From Macrostomum lignano (Eukaryota), in NCBI GenBank assembly GCA_002269645.1, contig NIVC01001780.1:124001-188000 (forward strand): a stretch of 64,000 bases of DNA, in the 5' to 3' direction. The first letter of the stretch is position 1, and each line of letters begins with the position of its first letter. A model generated the notes under the pieces. That model was not told the DNA's origin, made no database searches, and saw only the letters and a list, made by a program, of their open reading frames with translations. A program made the translations under genes and the position numbers. Below are positions 12,388 to 23,669 of the stretch, one piece after another.

Positions 12388-12675
12388 TCTGGAACCGTCG
12401 CCAATGACCTTCCTTGTCCCCTCCTTGTACTGGCTTTCACGCAGCTAGACAATATCATAGATAGATAGAGACCTAAAGTACGTTTTCTGGCTTTTAATTT
12501 AGCTTGCAATAGTAATTGATGAGCACTGCTGCTTTGATATGAGTAATGCTTTCCGTGTTTTCGTGTTGATTTAGAATTGCTTTTTTGTGTGTCCGTGTGC
12601 ACTTATTCTTGCCATGGATTGTTGTTCATCCTGTTGTGCGTACTTTGCCTCTCTGCTCGCATCTAGTCTTCTGTC

Positions 12676-13000
12676 ATCTCCTCTCCTCTCTCCTCTCCTC
12701 TCCTCTCCTCTCCTCTCCTCTACTCTCCTCTCCTCTCCTCTCCTCTCCTCTCCTCTCCTCTCCTCTCCTCTCCTCTCCTCTTCTCTCCTCTCCTCTTCTC
12801 TCCTCTCCTCTCCTCTCTCCTCTCCTCTCCTCTCCTCTCCTCTCCTCTCCTCTCCTCTCCTCTCCTCTTCTCTCCTCTCCTCTCCTCTCCTCTCCTCTCC
12901 TCTCCCCTGATCTCCTCTCCTCTCCTCTCATCTTCTCTCTTCTTTCCTCTCTTCTCCTCTCCTCTCTCCTCTCCTCTCTTCTCTCCTCCCCTCTTCTCTT
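12676..13000. repeat. (CTCCT)n microsatellite
   Basis: Read directly. Confidence 0.95.
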
Positions 13001-13686
13001 AGCCAGCTTTGAACTCGAGTCACAATATCAAATCAGATAGTTGTGTCATCTTTAAAAGCGTACCACACAGTGGATAAAATATTAAAGTACTTAATTAAAT
13101 TAACTACACCCAATCTAAGTTTGGGAAATGTCTTATTATAAACACACCCCATATGCTACCAACCGTTGCTGCCTAGCTACAAGCATCCTCCATTTTTCTT
13201 TGTGAATCTTTTCCTCCTGACCCACAGCAACAGACTCTGTGACGCCCGTGATAACAATGGTCTGCTGCTTTGATGGAGCAGAAAATCATTTTTAAATTCG
13301 CAAATGAACAAACCAGCTCTTTTAAAATTGATTAATTAAACTTCTATGAACGCAAAAGCTTTTCAAGCGGATTTTTCGGATATTTTTCGAGTTTCTGTCA
13401 GTCAATTCAACCTTCAATCAGTTTGCTTTTTCAATGCCCTGTGTACATTGAAAATATGGTAGCTTGCTTGCTTGTAGTTGAGAAATTTCTACACAATACT
13501 TACTTGCGCTAGAAACACTTAGTGTCCGACTTGTGTACATAAATTATCTGAATTATAATTTGTAATTTTAATAAACTATGTATTCATAGCACTGCGCGCC
13601 CTTCTGTCATATAAAACACACCTGATTTTGCTGATGTATTCTGAGTCAGACAAGCTCATTCTACCTGACATGTGTCAGTCATTTCT

Positions 13687-14354
<668 letters not shown>

Positions 14355-14468
14355 GTACAGCTTGGTAAGATAAAAAAGAAAAAAAGTGAAACTGGACTCT
14401 CAGCAGACATCTGGCTTGGTGGATTATTATATTTCTTGTTTCTAATCTTTTTTCATGTCCAATCTGAG

Positions 14469-16539
14469 TCAATAAGCATAGAATGCCGCCTCCGCCACTG
14501 TAATAATTTTATTGGCAGCGTCAGAATATCTGTGATTAATTTTTATGTCCTTGACAGAGTTGTACTTGCACTGGTCCTGAACGGCATAGTATTTGCCTGG
14601 AAGATATTTTTTATCAAATCGGCAGACCTTCGCATTGTTAGGCATGACAACTACTTGGAGAATCCTGCTGCCCTCTCTGCAGCAGCCGTACTTGCCCCAG
14701 ACAATGACGCCCCTCAAGTTTATTGAAGTGCCGAATTTGTATACAAAATGCGTTCCACTTTCTGGATCCGTAGGCTTGGAGTGCAACTTGTGCAGCGCCT
14801 GTCCGTAGGAATGCACGTCATTGTCGATTGTGCGCTCGCAATTTGGCGTGCTCTCCCGGCAGGAGACTTTCACCTTTTCTGAAATGGCAGTTTCGGAGTC
14901 GGGGGTGAGGTTCTCAGAGGCTTATTTTTTATTAGAGGCAGGGGGTTGTGTGCACCCGGGCGCACTTTAAGCGACATTGGCACACAACCGGCGAGAGGCA
15001 TTACTGCCCATTCCGCCGACTCCCCTGAGCAGGCATACAAGCGCGCGGATACGTGCGCAGGCACACACTCACACAGGAGTGTACAGCGGCCCTAACTTTA
15101 TATTATCGTTAGGCATGTACACTTCACTGCGCCTTGGGGGGTTGGCTCTCAAGGCACGATTGCACGAGCAGAGCCAAGCCGAGATTCCAATTCAGCCCCA
15201 AATTAATGTGGCTGCACTTGGAATCGAGCCTGGGTCGCTGGCACACCAGAGCAGCTGCGCTACCGCTGGGCTACGGCCCCCCTTCTCAGAGGCTTACTTA
15301 AGAGTGTTCTTTCGACCTTTCGTTTAAGTTCTAGACTTTCTCGAGGTAAAAGAGACAGAAAATAAATAATCATAATCGATAGCACCTGTCCCATTTGTGC
15401 CAGATGTGCAACCGACAGCTCAGCCGCAGCTATTACCAATGCTCAGTCCAAGGCTTGGGGGTCGCCACAAACCCTCAGTTACCCCAGCTAATGCTGGCAC
15501 CCATTTTACAGCTGGGTGAACTGAAGCAATGCAGAGTTAACTGTCTTGTTCAAGGACACAAATTGTTCCGAGTGGTATCGGGAATAGAACCCCCGACCTT
15601 CTAGTCGTGAGTCCGACGCTCTAACCAGTAGGCTACAGCCTAGAATAAGCCTAGAATATTGCAATATTGATATCCAAGGGTTCTCAAGGGGTTTAACGAG
15701 CTTGACATAACAAACAAGAGAACTGCCGGAAGCTCACTGTAGCAGCGGTTCTCCCCAAAGCTGGCACCGCCGCCAGGGCACAGGTCGCATTTAGTCATGC
15801 CGGACCTGATCGCCAGGGCGAAGTTCCTGTCGCACTGCTGGCATTCGGCTGCACCCTCCGCGTCAGAGAAGGTGCCCGGTGGGCAGGCCTTGCACTGCTT
15901 GCTGCCTTCCTCAGAGAACTGGCCGGCCGGGCAGCGGGTGCAAGCCGAGGCGCCCGCCGCTGAGAAGCTGCCGGCCGGACACGGCGTGCATTCGATCGAA
16001 CCGCTCCGGCTTGAGAACTTGCCGGCCGGACACGACGTGCAGGCGGCCGCTCCAGCTGGGGAGACGTGGCCCGGCTGGCACTTGCTGCACTTTGCTGCTC
16101 CAGCCTTGCTCCAGGTGCCGGCGGGACACTGAACGCAGGCTGGGGAGCCGCTGAAGCTGATGAAGCTACCGGCAGGGCACGGCGTGCAGCTCGACAAGCC
16201 GTCCGTGGAAGCCATCGAGCCTTTGGCGCACTTCTGGCAGTTCGCCGAGCCCGAGCTGGCGGCGAAGCTGCCCGGCCAGCACTTAGAGCAGGCGGCGGCC
16301 CCGGCGCGGCTGTATGAGCCTTTCGGGCACTTCTGGCACTTGGAACTCACGGCTATCTCCCTATAAGTGCCGGCGCTGCAGGGCTCGCAGATGAAGTCCG
16401 AGTCATTGCTGAGCTGGTGGCCCGACAGGCACACGCTGTGGTCTTCACGCTTGTCTCTTGGCAGTTCCTCGGCCAAATTGAGAGATGGTCCGGTCAGAGC
16501 GGCCACCAGAGCCGCGGCAACTAGCAGAGAAAAGTTCAT
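14469..16539 (-). CDS. Secreted 403-aa protein: signal peptide, 13 CxxC (GCC2/GCC3, TNFR/ephrin-receptor-like) repeats, and a C-terminal F-type-lectin/discoidin-like domain; exons 16539-15738 and 14878-14469
   Basis: [17 protein letters not shown] signal-like start; CxxCPAGxFS repeats every 16-17 aa. The phase-1 donor A|GTGAGC matches acceptor TTTCAG|AA, giving 1212 nt, or 404 codons. The domain assignment of exon 2 is by motif resemblance only. Confidence 0.8.
14925..15282 (-). mobile_element. SINE family B, copy 2, with 14-bp TSD
   Basis: Near-identical to 5039-5413; TSD TTCTCAGAGGCTTA at 14911-14924 and 15283-15296. Confidence 0.92.
15383..15637 (-). mobile_element. SINE family A, copy 3
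   Basis: A box TAGCCTACTGG, B-box-like GGTTCTATTCC and the shared body. Confidence 0.8.
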
Positions 16540-16545
16540 TGCTGA

Positions 16546-16690
16546 GAGTAGATTGTGTGAGTAGATTGTGTGAGTAGATTGTGTGAGTAGATTGTGTGAG
16601 TAGATTGTGTGAGTAGATTGTGTGAGTAGATTGTGTGAGTAGATTGTGTGAGTAGATTGTGTGAGTAGATTGTGTGAGTAGTTTGTGCAC
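16546..16690. repeat. Minisatellite, 13-bp unit GAGTAGATTGTGT
   Basis: About 11 units abutting the acceptor of the Cys-rich gene. Confidence 0.95.
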
Positions 16691-17094
16691 AAGATAGGAT
16701 CTGGCTAAGGCAGCTACTCATTTTATATCTCAGTAGCTGAATTTCCGAAACTATTTTTCTTTGAGGAATGTTAAAAGCAAATTAAATTTTAAAACGTTGT
16801 TTCAATTTTTAAAGGGCAAAACTTTCAGTGCAGGATTCCAAGCACTCATAATTCCTATTATTCCAATTATTAGAAAATTCCCACACAGAAAATATCAATC
16901 TATTTCTTGTTTGAGCTGCAAATTTTGCAAATTTTGAAGGTAAATTGAGAATAATTTCAACTACATTCTGCGCATTAAAATTTAATTTCTAGTTAAGGGA
17001 ATGCATTTCTTGATTGTGAAATGCATTTCTTGATTGTGAAATGTATTTCTTGAGTTGAGCTAAGCTCACCCACCTCACTCCGCACCCACACAGG

Positions 17095-17383
<289 letters not shown>

Positions 17384-17513
17384 CAAACTGTACGCAGACA
17401 GCCTCAGCAGGTGCCGGGGCTGTTGCCCCCAGGACCCCGGGTCCTGCACGTAATGGCGTGGTGAACTATCTGTGCAGTATGAGACTGGTATGGCCTTTAT
17501 CCCAGCCAGCGAT

Positions 17514-17660
17514 GCTCACACCTGCCTCCCCTGGCGGGCTGATAGCTCAAGAGACTCTGTCTCCTGATTTTCACCTTGCAAGGCGCACTTCGAAGGGTAC
17601 TCGTCCCGTGGGTGTTAAGGCAGGCCCCCTTGGGCCCTGCCGAGCTGATTCGTTGGCGCC
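17514..17660 (+). ncRNA. Predicted HDV-like (double-pseudoknot) self-cleaving ribozyme in the LINE 5' UTR
   Basis: Manual fold: P1 GCTCAC(17514-19)/GTGGGT(17608-13); P3 GGG/CCC around L3 TACTCGT; P1.1 C17600-G17614 and A17599-T17615; P4 17619-17641; J4/2 C17645-T-G-A; P2 CGAA/TTCG plus GGCGC/GCGCC. Activity untested. Confidence 0.72.
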
Positions 17661-17692
17661 GGGTCCTGGTGTGACCATAAACGCACCCTCTA

Positions 17693-19407
17693 ATGTCCCA
17701 GTGTAACTCCGTGCTGATGGACGCTTGGCCAGGGAGTAGTCTGGTCGCTAACGGTTCCCCTTGCGCTTTTGGGTCCCCCGCAGGGTGGTATTTTGCTTTT
17801 TGGGGGCCTGCCGCTTGGTTTGGGGTTGCGGCCTTGCGGCTCTTTGCCTGTGTTCTGCAGGAAGTCCCACCTTTTTACTTCCAGCCAATGGCTTCTAACC
17901 GAAGAAATCAACCGGCTGTGGATGACACAGTGCCTCCGGCCTCGGCTGGGGCCGTGGACTCCTCGGCCATACCACCTGCTACCATCGGGGACGCCTCGGC
18001 GAGACCCGTGGAGCCAACTCTGAGCGGTGCCTCCGAGAAGACACCTGCTACTCCAGCTGCTAAGAAACGCAGCACCACCTCTGGAGCTGCCCGCCGTCGA
18101 CTTAACAAGGCGAGGCGGGCCAAGGAGGGCGGAAGCCAAACCGGTGCCAGGGGCCAACGGCCCGCGGCAGCGGAAGCTTCCCAGTCTGGGGCGGTGGCGG
18201 AAGAGGGCCTCGAGCCCACGGAAGCCCCTGCCCAGGATAGGGAGGCCGATGCAGCCGGGAGGGTGGACAGCCCACCTGAAGAAAGCTCCACTGACCCCCG
18301 GGCCTCCTACGCTGATGCGGCAAAGAGGCAACCGGCGGTTGTCATCCTGGGAAAGGACGCGCGCCTGTCTCCCGATCAGCTGAAGCAGGTGAGAAGTGCC
18401 GTTGATGGCCTCCTGTGGAAGCAAACTCTGAAGGGCACGCCTCTGAACATTCATTCGAATGCGACGAGGGACTCGTGCCTTCTCATTTGGCCCAGTGATG
18501 CTGACTCGGGTCGGCGGCTCCTTGAGCTGCTGCCCGAGCAGAGCTGGGACCTCAACCTAGCCTTCTGCAGAGAGGACGAGCGCCCCCGGACCAAGAGGCA
18601 TCGAATCTGGGTCCCGGCCAGGAGCGTTGTTACCTCTGCTGACGAGCTCCGGAAAGGACTGCTAGCAGTCAACCGGGAGCTTCCCGCCGCGGGCCTAGTG
18701 GTGCATGACACCCTTAAGCGCACCGACGGCACTGGCTTCACAGCCATCCTGGGGCTGTCGGACGCCTGGATGAGGCGTTATCCACACGGCAGCTTCATCA
18801 ACGTCGGCCTTTGGAAGCTGCGCATCCGCTCCTACGAGGCCGACCCTCCCCGTGGCAGTGAGCAGGGCGGGCGGGATGCGGAGGCGGCCGGGCCGAGGCG
18901 CAAGCCTCTGCTCAGACTGCCAAAGCAAATCGCCCTGCCCGGCAGCACGGCCGCGCGGGCAAAGCTGAGCGCGCTGCTGAGGGCGGAGGCGACCGACGCC
19001 CGGCGCGCAGCACCAAGCGGCGCGGCCTGTACCAGCGTGCAGCTGAGGCAGTCCGTACCGCCAAAATCTCCCAGCTGAGGCGAGAGGTCGCCGGGATGCC
19101 TAGGCGCACCAGTTCGTCCAGGGAGGGTGGGGACGTCCCAGCTGGGCCCAACCCCTCGGGGCAGGGCCGACTGGAGACGGACCCGCCTGCCCAGGCGGCT
19201 GGCTGCTCCAGGGCATTGGGCCAATCTGAGGCGGAGGACCCCATGGATGGTGGGCAAAGGGCGGCGAACGCTGCCTACTGCCTTCCGGCCAATCGGGGGC
19301 CTTTTGCTGAAGAAGAGCCCATGGACACCGGCGACCCCGACCCGAAGCCGGTGAGCGCCGAGGAGGAGGAGGAACTCCTGGCGGCTGCAACATCCGATCT
19401 GCAATGA
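17693..19407 (+). CDS. Retrotransposon ORF1 (gag-like, DUF4780-like central domain), one frameshift between 18862 and 19075
   Basis: ASYADAAKR motif and RIWVP...LLAVNREL...NVGLWKLRIR pattern resemble LOA-type ORF1. A second frame is open from 18862 to the TGA at 19405-19407. Confidence 0.75.
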
Positions 19408-22400
19408 TGCCAGCGACTACCTGGTGTCTGCAGATCAACACCCAGCACTGCGTGGCGGCGTCGGTCAACCTGATGCGCACGGCAGAGCAACAGCTTCCGG
19501 GCCTGGTCTTCGTACAGGAGCCCTGGATGACTAAAGGTAAGCCAAATAATGTGCCATCTGGCTACCACTGTTTTTGCATGGCGGGCTCTCAGCCTCGCCC
19601 AAGATCTTGGTCTTTGCTGCAAAAGCTTTTGAGGCATGGATGAGACCTGATCTCTCGACTGGGGACATCTGTGTTGTTCAAATCAATAACCTCATTCCCA
19701 ATAAACCTGTGCTGGTAGCTTCTGCCTATTTCCCGGGCGATGCCCCAGTTGTCTGCGACGCGTTAGTCAACCTTACTGACTATGCTGCGTCCCATCGGTT
19801 CGAGCTGCTCATTGCAGGGGATGTGAACGCACACCACCTGCATTGGGGCAGCAAGAACATCAATAGCAGAGGCGAGAGCTGCTGGCCTATGTCAGCAGCA
19901 CTAACCTCAACTTCTGTAACGTGGGCAATGCACCAACGTTCAATAATGGGCGGTGGGCCGAAGTCATCGACACCACCATCGCCTCACCCGGACTGCTTTC
20001 CGCAGTTACGGGCTGGCGAGTGTGGGACGAGGACTCGCTCTCGGACCACCGCTTTATCCGCTTTTGCATTGGGCCGACCAAGCAAAAGCCTAAGGTCACT
20101 TGGAGTCGGAACGTCAGGAACACCGATTGGGCCGCCTTTGGCTCGAAGCTGAGCCGCGGCCTTCGGGATCTTGACCCCCCAGTGACCTCTCTGACTGCCA
20201 GGTGGTGGACGATCTCGCCTCCTCCCTGGGCGGGGCGATCACCACTGCCTTTGAAGCAGCCTGCCCCTAAAGGCCTATAAAGGCAAGAAATCTGCTCCCT
20301 GGTGGAACCCAGAGCTCGGGCCCTTCGGCGCCGAGCCAGGACCCTCCAAAGGCGAGCGCTCAAAACCAAAGACCCATCTGACAGAGAGGCCTATACCCGT
20401 GCGATCCACGAGTTTAAGGGCCAAGTCAGAAGGGCCAAGACGGCCAAGTGGCGCCAATATTGCGAAGGGCTTGAGGGCTCTCGCCCCGTAGCCCGCGTGG
20501 TTAAGGCACTCACTAATGACCGTTTTTCTAAACTCTCTGTTGTGAAGAGACCTGACGGCTCGGTCACAGAGAGTTCGGAAGAGACTCTAGAGCTCATGCT
20601 CAACAGTTTTTTCCCTAAATCTCCGACTCAGCAGGGCCCGCCCGACCACACAGTGGGAGGGCAAGGCCTAGCAAAGTCTATGATCACCAAAGACCGCATT
20701 ATTAGAGCGGCAAGGTCCTTTAACCCGTTCAAGGCGCCTGGGCCCGACGGCATCTACCCAGCGTTCTTGCACGAGGCGGTGAAAAACCACCGCTTTCCTG
20801 GACCTGCTCTGTCGTCTCCTCGAGCTTGTGTGGAGCTGGGCTATGTACCAGTTGCATGGAGAGAGGCCCGGGTGGTCTTTATCCCCAAGCCTGGAAAGAG
20901 CGACTACCAATCGGTGAAGGCCTTCAGGCCTATCAGCCTCACTTCTTTCTGCCTCAAGCTCCTCGAGAGACTGGTGCTTTGGCGCCTACTTTCGGTCGAG
21001 CTGAAGCGCTTCCCACTCTCGCAGAACCAGCACGCCTTCCGCGCGGGCAGGTCAACGAGAGTGCTCTCCATGTCATTGTTGACTTCCTGGAGAGGGCCGT
21101 TCTTGGCAGCGGCTTTGCCCTCTCGCTTTTCCTGGACATTGAGGGGGCCTTCGACAACGTCATCTTCGAGGCCTTTTGCAGAGCCCTGGAATCCAGGGCC
21201 ACGCACCCTCACCTTGTCCGGTGGATCATGTTCATGATCCAAACCGCACTGTTGTGGCCCACCTGAGCGGCAGCTCTCTTTCGGTGCCTGTCCTGAAAGG
21301 GGGCCCCCAGGGCGGCGTTCTCACCCCCGTTCTCTGGAACATGGTCATGGATGAGTTGCTTTGCAGTGATCTCCACGACCCCATTCTCAAGGTGGGCTAT
21401 GCCGATGATGTGACCGCGATATGCGCGGGCCCCTCGGTTGATACCATCAGAGACCTTCTGCAGGGCTTTCTGGGACGAGCGGAGCGTTGGGCAGACCAAT
21501 GTGGCCTTAGACTCTCAGAGTCGAAAACCACAGCAGTCATGTTTACCAACAAACTGCTCTGGACCATTAAGCCCCTCACCCTCTATGGAAAGAATATTTC
21601 CATGGAGAAGCAGGTCCGCTGCCTGGGCCTCACTCTGGACCACAGGCTTAACTGGACTCCGCACATTCAAACTAAAGCCAAAAAAGCCCTGGCTGTACTG
21701 GCTCAGATCAGGCGCGCCGTGGGCACCACCTGGGGGCTCACCCCCAGGAAGCTGTGGTGGATTTACACTGCCATCATCCGCCCCTCGATCAGTTACGCCA
21801 GCCTCGTGTGGGCTAGCGGCCTGAGCGTCAAGAGCAACCTCGACGCTCTCTACAAAATCCAGGGCAGAGCCTGCCGCATGACTATGGGCGCTCCACCCTC
21901 TACTCCTTTTGAAGGCATGAATGCCTTCCTCTGTGCCCCTCCTTTGGATATTTATATCAAAGGAGAGGCGGCGAAGAGCACCCGGCGTCTTCTGGATGCT
22001 GGGGTGGCCTTCAAGAAAGTGCGGGCCTTTAAGAAGCGGTCGCTTATCCAGCACTCTGACCTCTGCCTCAAGGCTCTCGAGGAGTGTGGCGGGCTCAACA
22101 TTCTCACGGACTCGATCCCAGCCACCCTTCTCCTGAGCCAAAGGTATAAGGTCACCATTCAGCCTCGACACGAGGCGAGTGACAGCTGGAGCGACTCTGA
22201 AGTCCACTGTTACACTGACGGCTCTATGAGGCATGGTCTTTCAGGCTTCGGAGCTTGCGTCTTCTTCAAGGGAGAAGTGGTGTGGAGCTACTCCCAGCAC
22301 ACTGGGCTCAACTCCAGTGTTTTTCAGAGCGAGGTGCTTGCCATCAGCTCCTGCGCGGCAGAGCTGCGCCGAAGGCAGCTTAGCGGCCGGAAATTTATTT

Positions 22401-23101
22401 TTCACTCTGACAGCCAAGCAGCCCTTCGGGCCCTCTGCCGCAGCACCGCCAGCTCCAGGTCCGTCCTGGACTGCAACACCCAGCTCAACGGGCTTGCGCT
22501 AGGCAACCAGGTGGAGCTCAGATGGATCCCGGGCCACGCCGGCTTCCTCGGCAACGAGCGCGCTGACCTGCTGGCCAAGGCTGGCTCCGCCGGCGCGCTA
22601 TTGGGGCCGGGCCCGGGTGCCCCCATCCCCGCCTCGGTGATCAATTCCCGCGTTAAGCGCTGGGCTGACTCCGAGCATCTCCGCAGGTGGCATGACACCC
22701 GGAATTGTAGGCAATCCCGTGCTGCCGTCCCCTGTCCCTCTCCTCTCCTGCGTAGAGCCCTCCTCAGGCTCAACCGCAGAGACCTCAGAGCAGTTAGCAT
22801 GGCCCTCTCCGGGCATGGCTGCTTCTCTCGCCACCGCTTCCTTCAGGGCCAAGTACCCGAGGAGCGGTGCCCCTTCTGCCGCTCAGGCAGTGAAAACGCC
22901 GAGCATTTTATCTGCCACTGCCCGGCTTTCACCAGGGCCAGGCTTACTCACCTCGGGCCAAACCCGGTTCTCTCCGACGTTTGCAGGCCCGAGAGCATCC
23001 CGCTGCTCGCCCGGTACCTCAGGGACACCGGACGAGCTGATTTCTTCCCCACCGTCGGTGAGGAGGACCGCGCTGCAGGCGAGACCGACGGGTCCCCCTG
23101 A
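19404..23101 (+). pseudogene. Retrotransposon ORF2: AP endonuclease, reverse transcriptase, RNase H and C-terminal CCHC; frameshifted in this assembly
   Basis: QINTQH/VQEPW/GDVNAH/DSLSDH (APE); KAPGPDG, FRPISL, QHAFR, LDIEGAFD, PQGGVL, YADD (RT); YTDGS, SEVLAI, SDSQAAL, WIPGHAG.GNERAD (RNase H); CPFC..HFICHC. At least 5-6 frame changes. Confidence 0.93.
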
Positions 23102-23669
23102 GCGACACCACTTCAACGGAAGTCGTTGGTCGCCAGGGGCTAGCGGAATGGGCGGTCTCCTCCGCCTCCTCGCTGCATCCGCCGGACGCCCCCTGCAGCT
23201 AAGTCAGTAAGTCAAGCCTCAGCAGGTATTGATGAAAAGGAAAAGCGGGAACACACAAGAGTTGCAAGTCTGGGAAGATGCAAAGCAATGCAAAGCAGAC
23301 AGTCCGCGATTCCCTCAGAGAAACTGCGCCCCCTCCCCTTCCTCAGTCTCGAGGTCAATTGCCGGGGGAGCCGGCGCTCCATCTCAGAAGCAGAAGTGGA
23401 TAGAGGAGTAAAAAAAAGAGGCAAGGGAGGAAGAGGGTGAGACGGAGATACCCTCACTTTTGAGTAGCTATGCAAATCTGCCCCCCGCTAAAGCGACTGG
23501 AAAACCTATTAAAGAAGAATTGCTCGCGTGTTCTCGACGCTCAGGAAGTGTGGGGCTCGTGCATTTCTCTTCTGGTAGGGGGATCTCTACAGAAATGGGG
23601 ATCCATTCATTCAAGATTTTGAACAAGAGGACGCCCTGTGTTAGTTTCTTTGAGACTATCAGATCTCAA

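Larger units (their letters stand above)
17413..23214 (+). mobile_element. Full-length non-LTR retrotransposon, LOA/I-group-like (ORF1; APE-RT-RNase H ORF2)
   Basis: Perfect 13-bp TSD AGCCTCAGCAGGT at 17400-17412 and 23215-23227; 3' tail of AGTCA-type repeats; complete domain order. Confidence 0.95.

Noticed and set aside
17690-23210. Antisense and alternative-frame ORFs over the LINE, TOP1 and the orphan gene
   Set aside because: These are shadow ORFs expected in GC-rich coding DNA, with no independent motifs.
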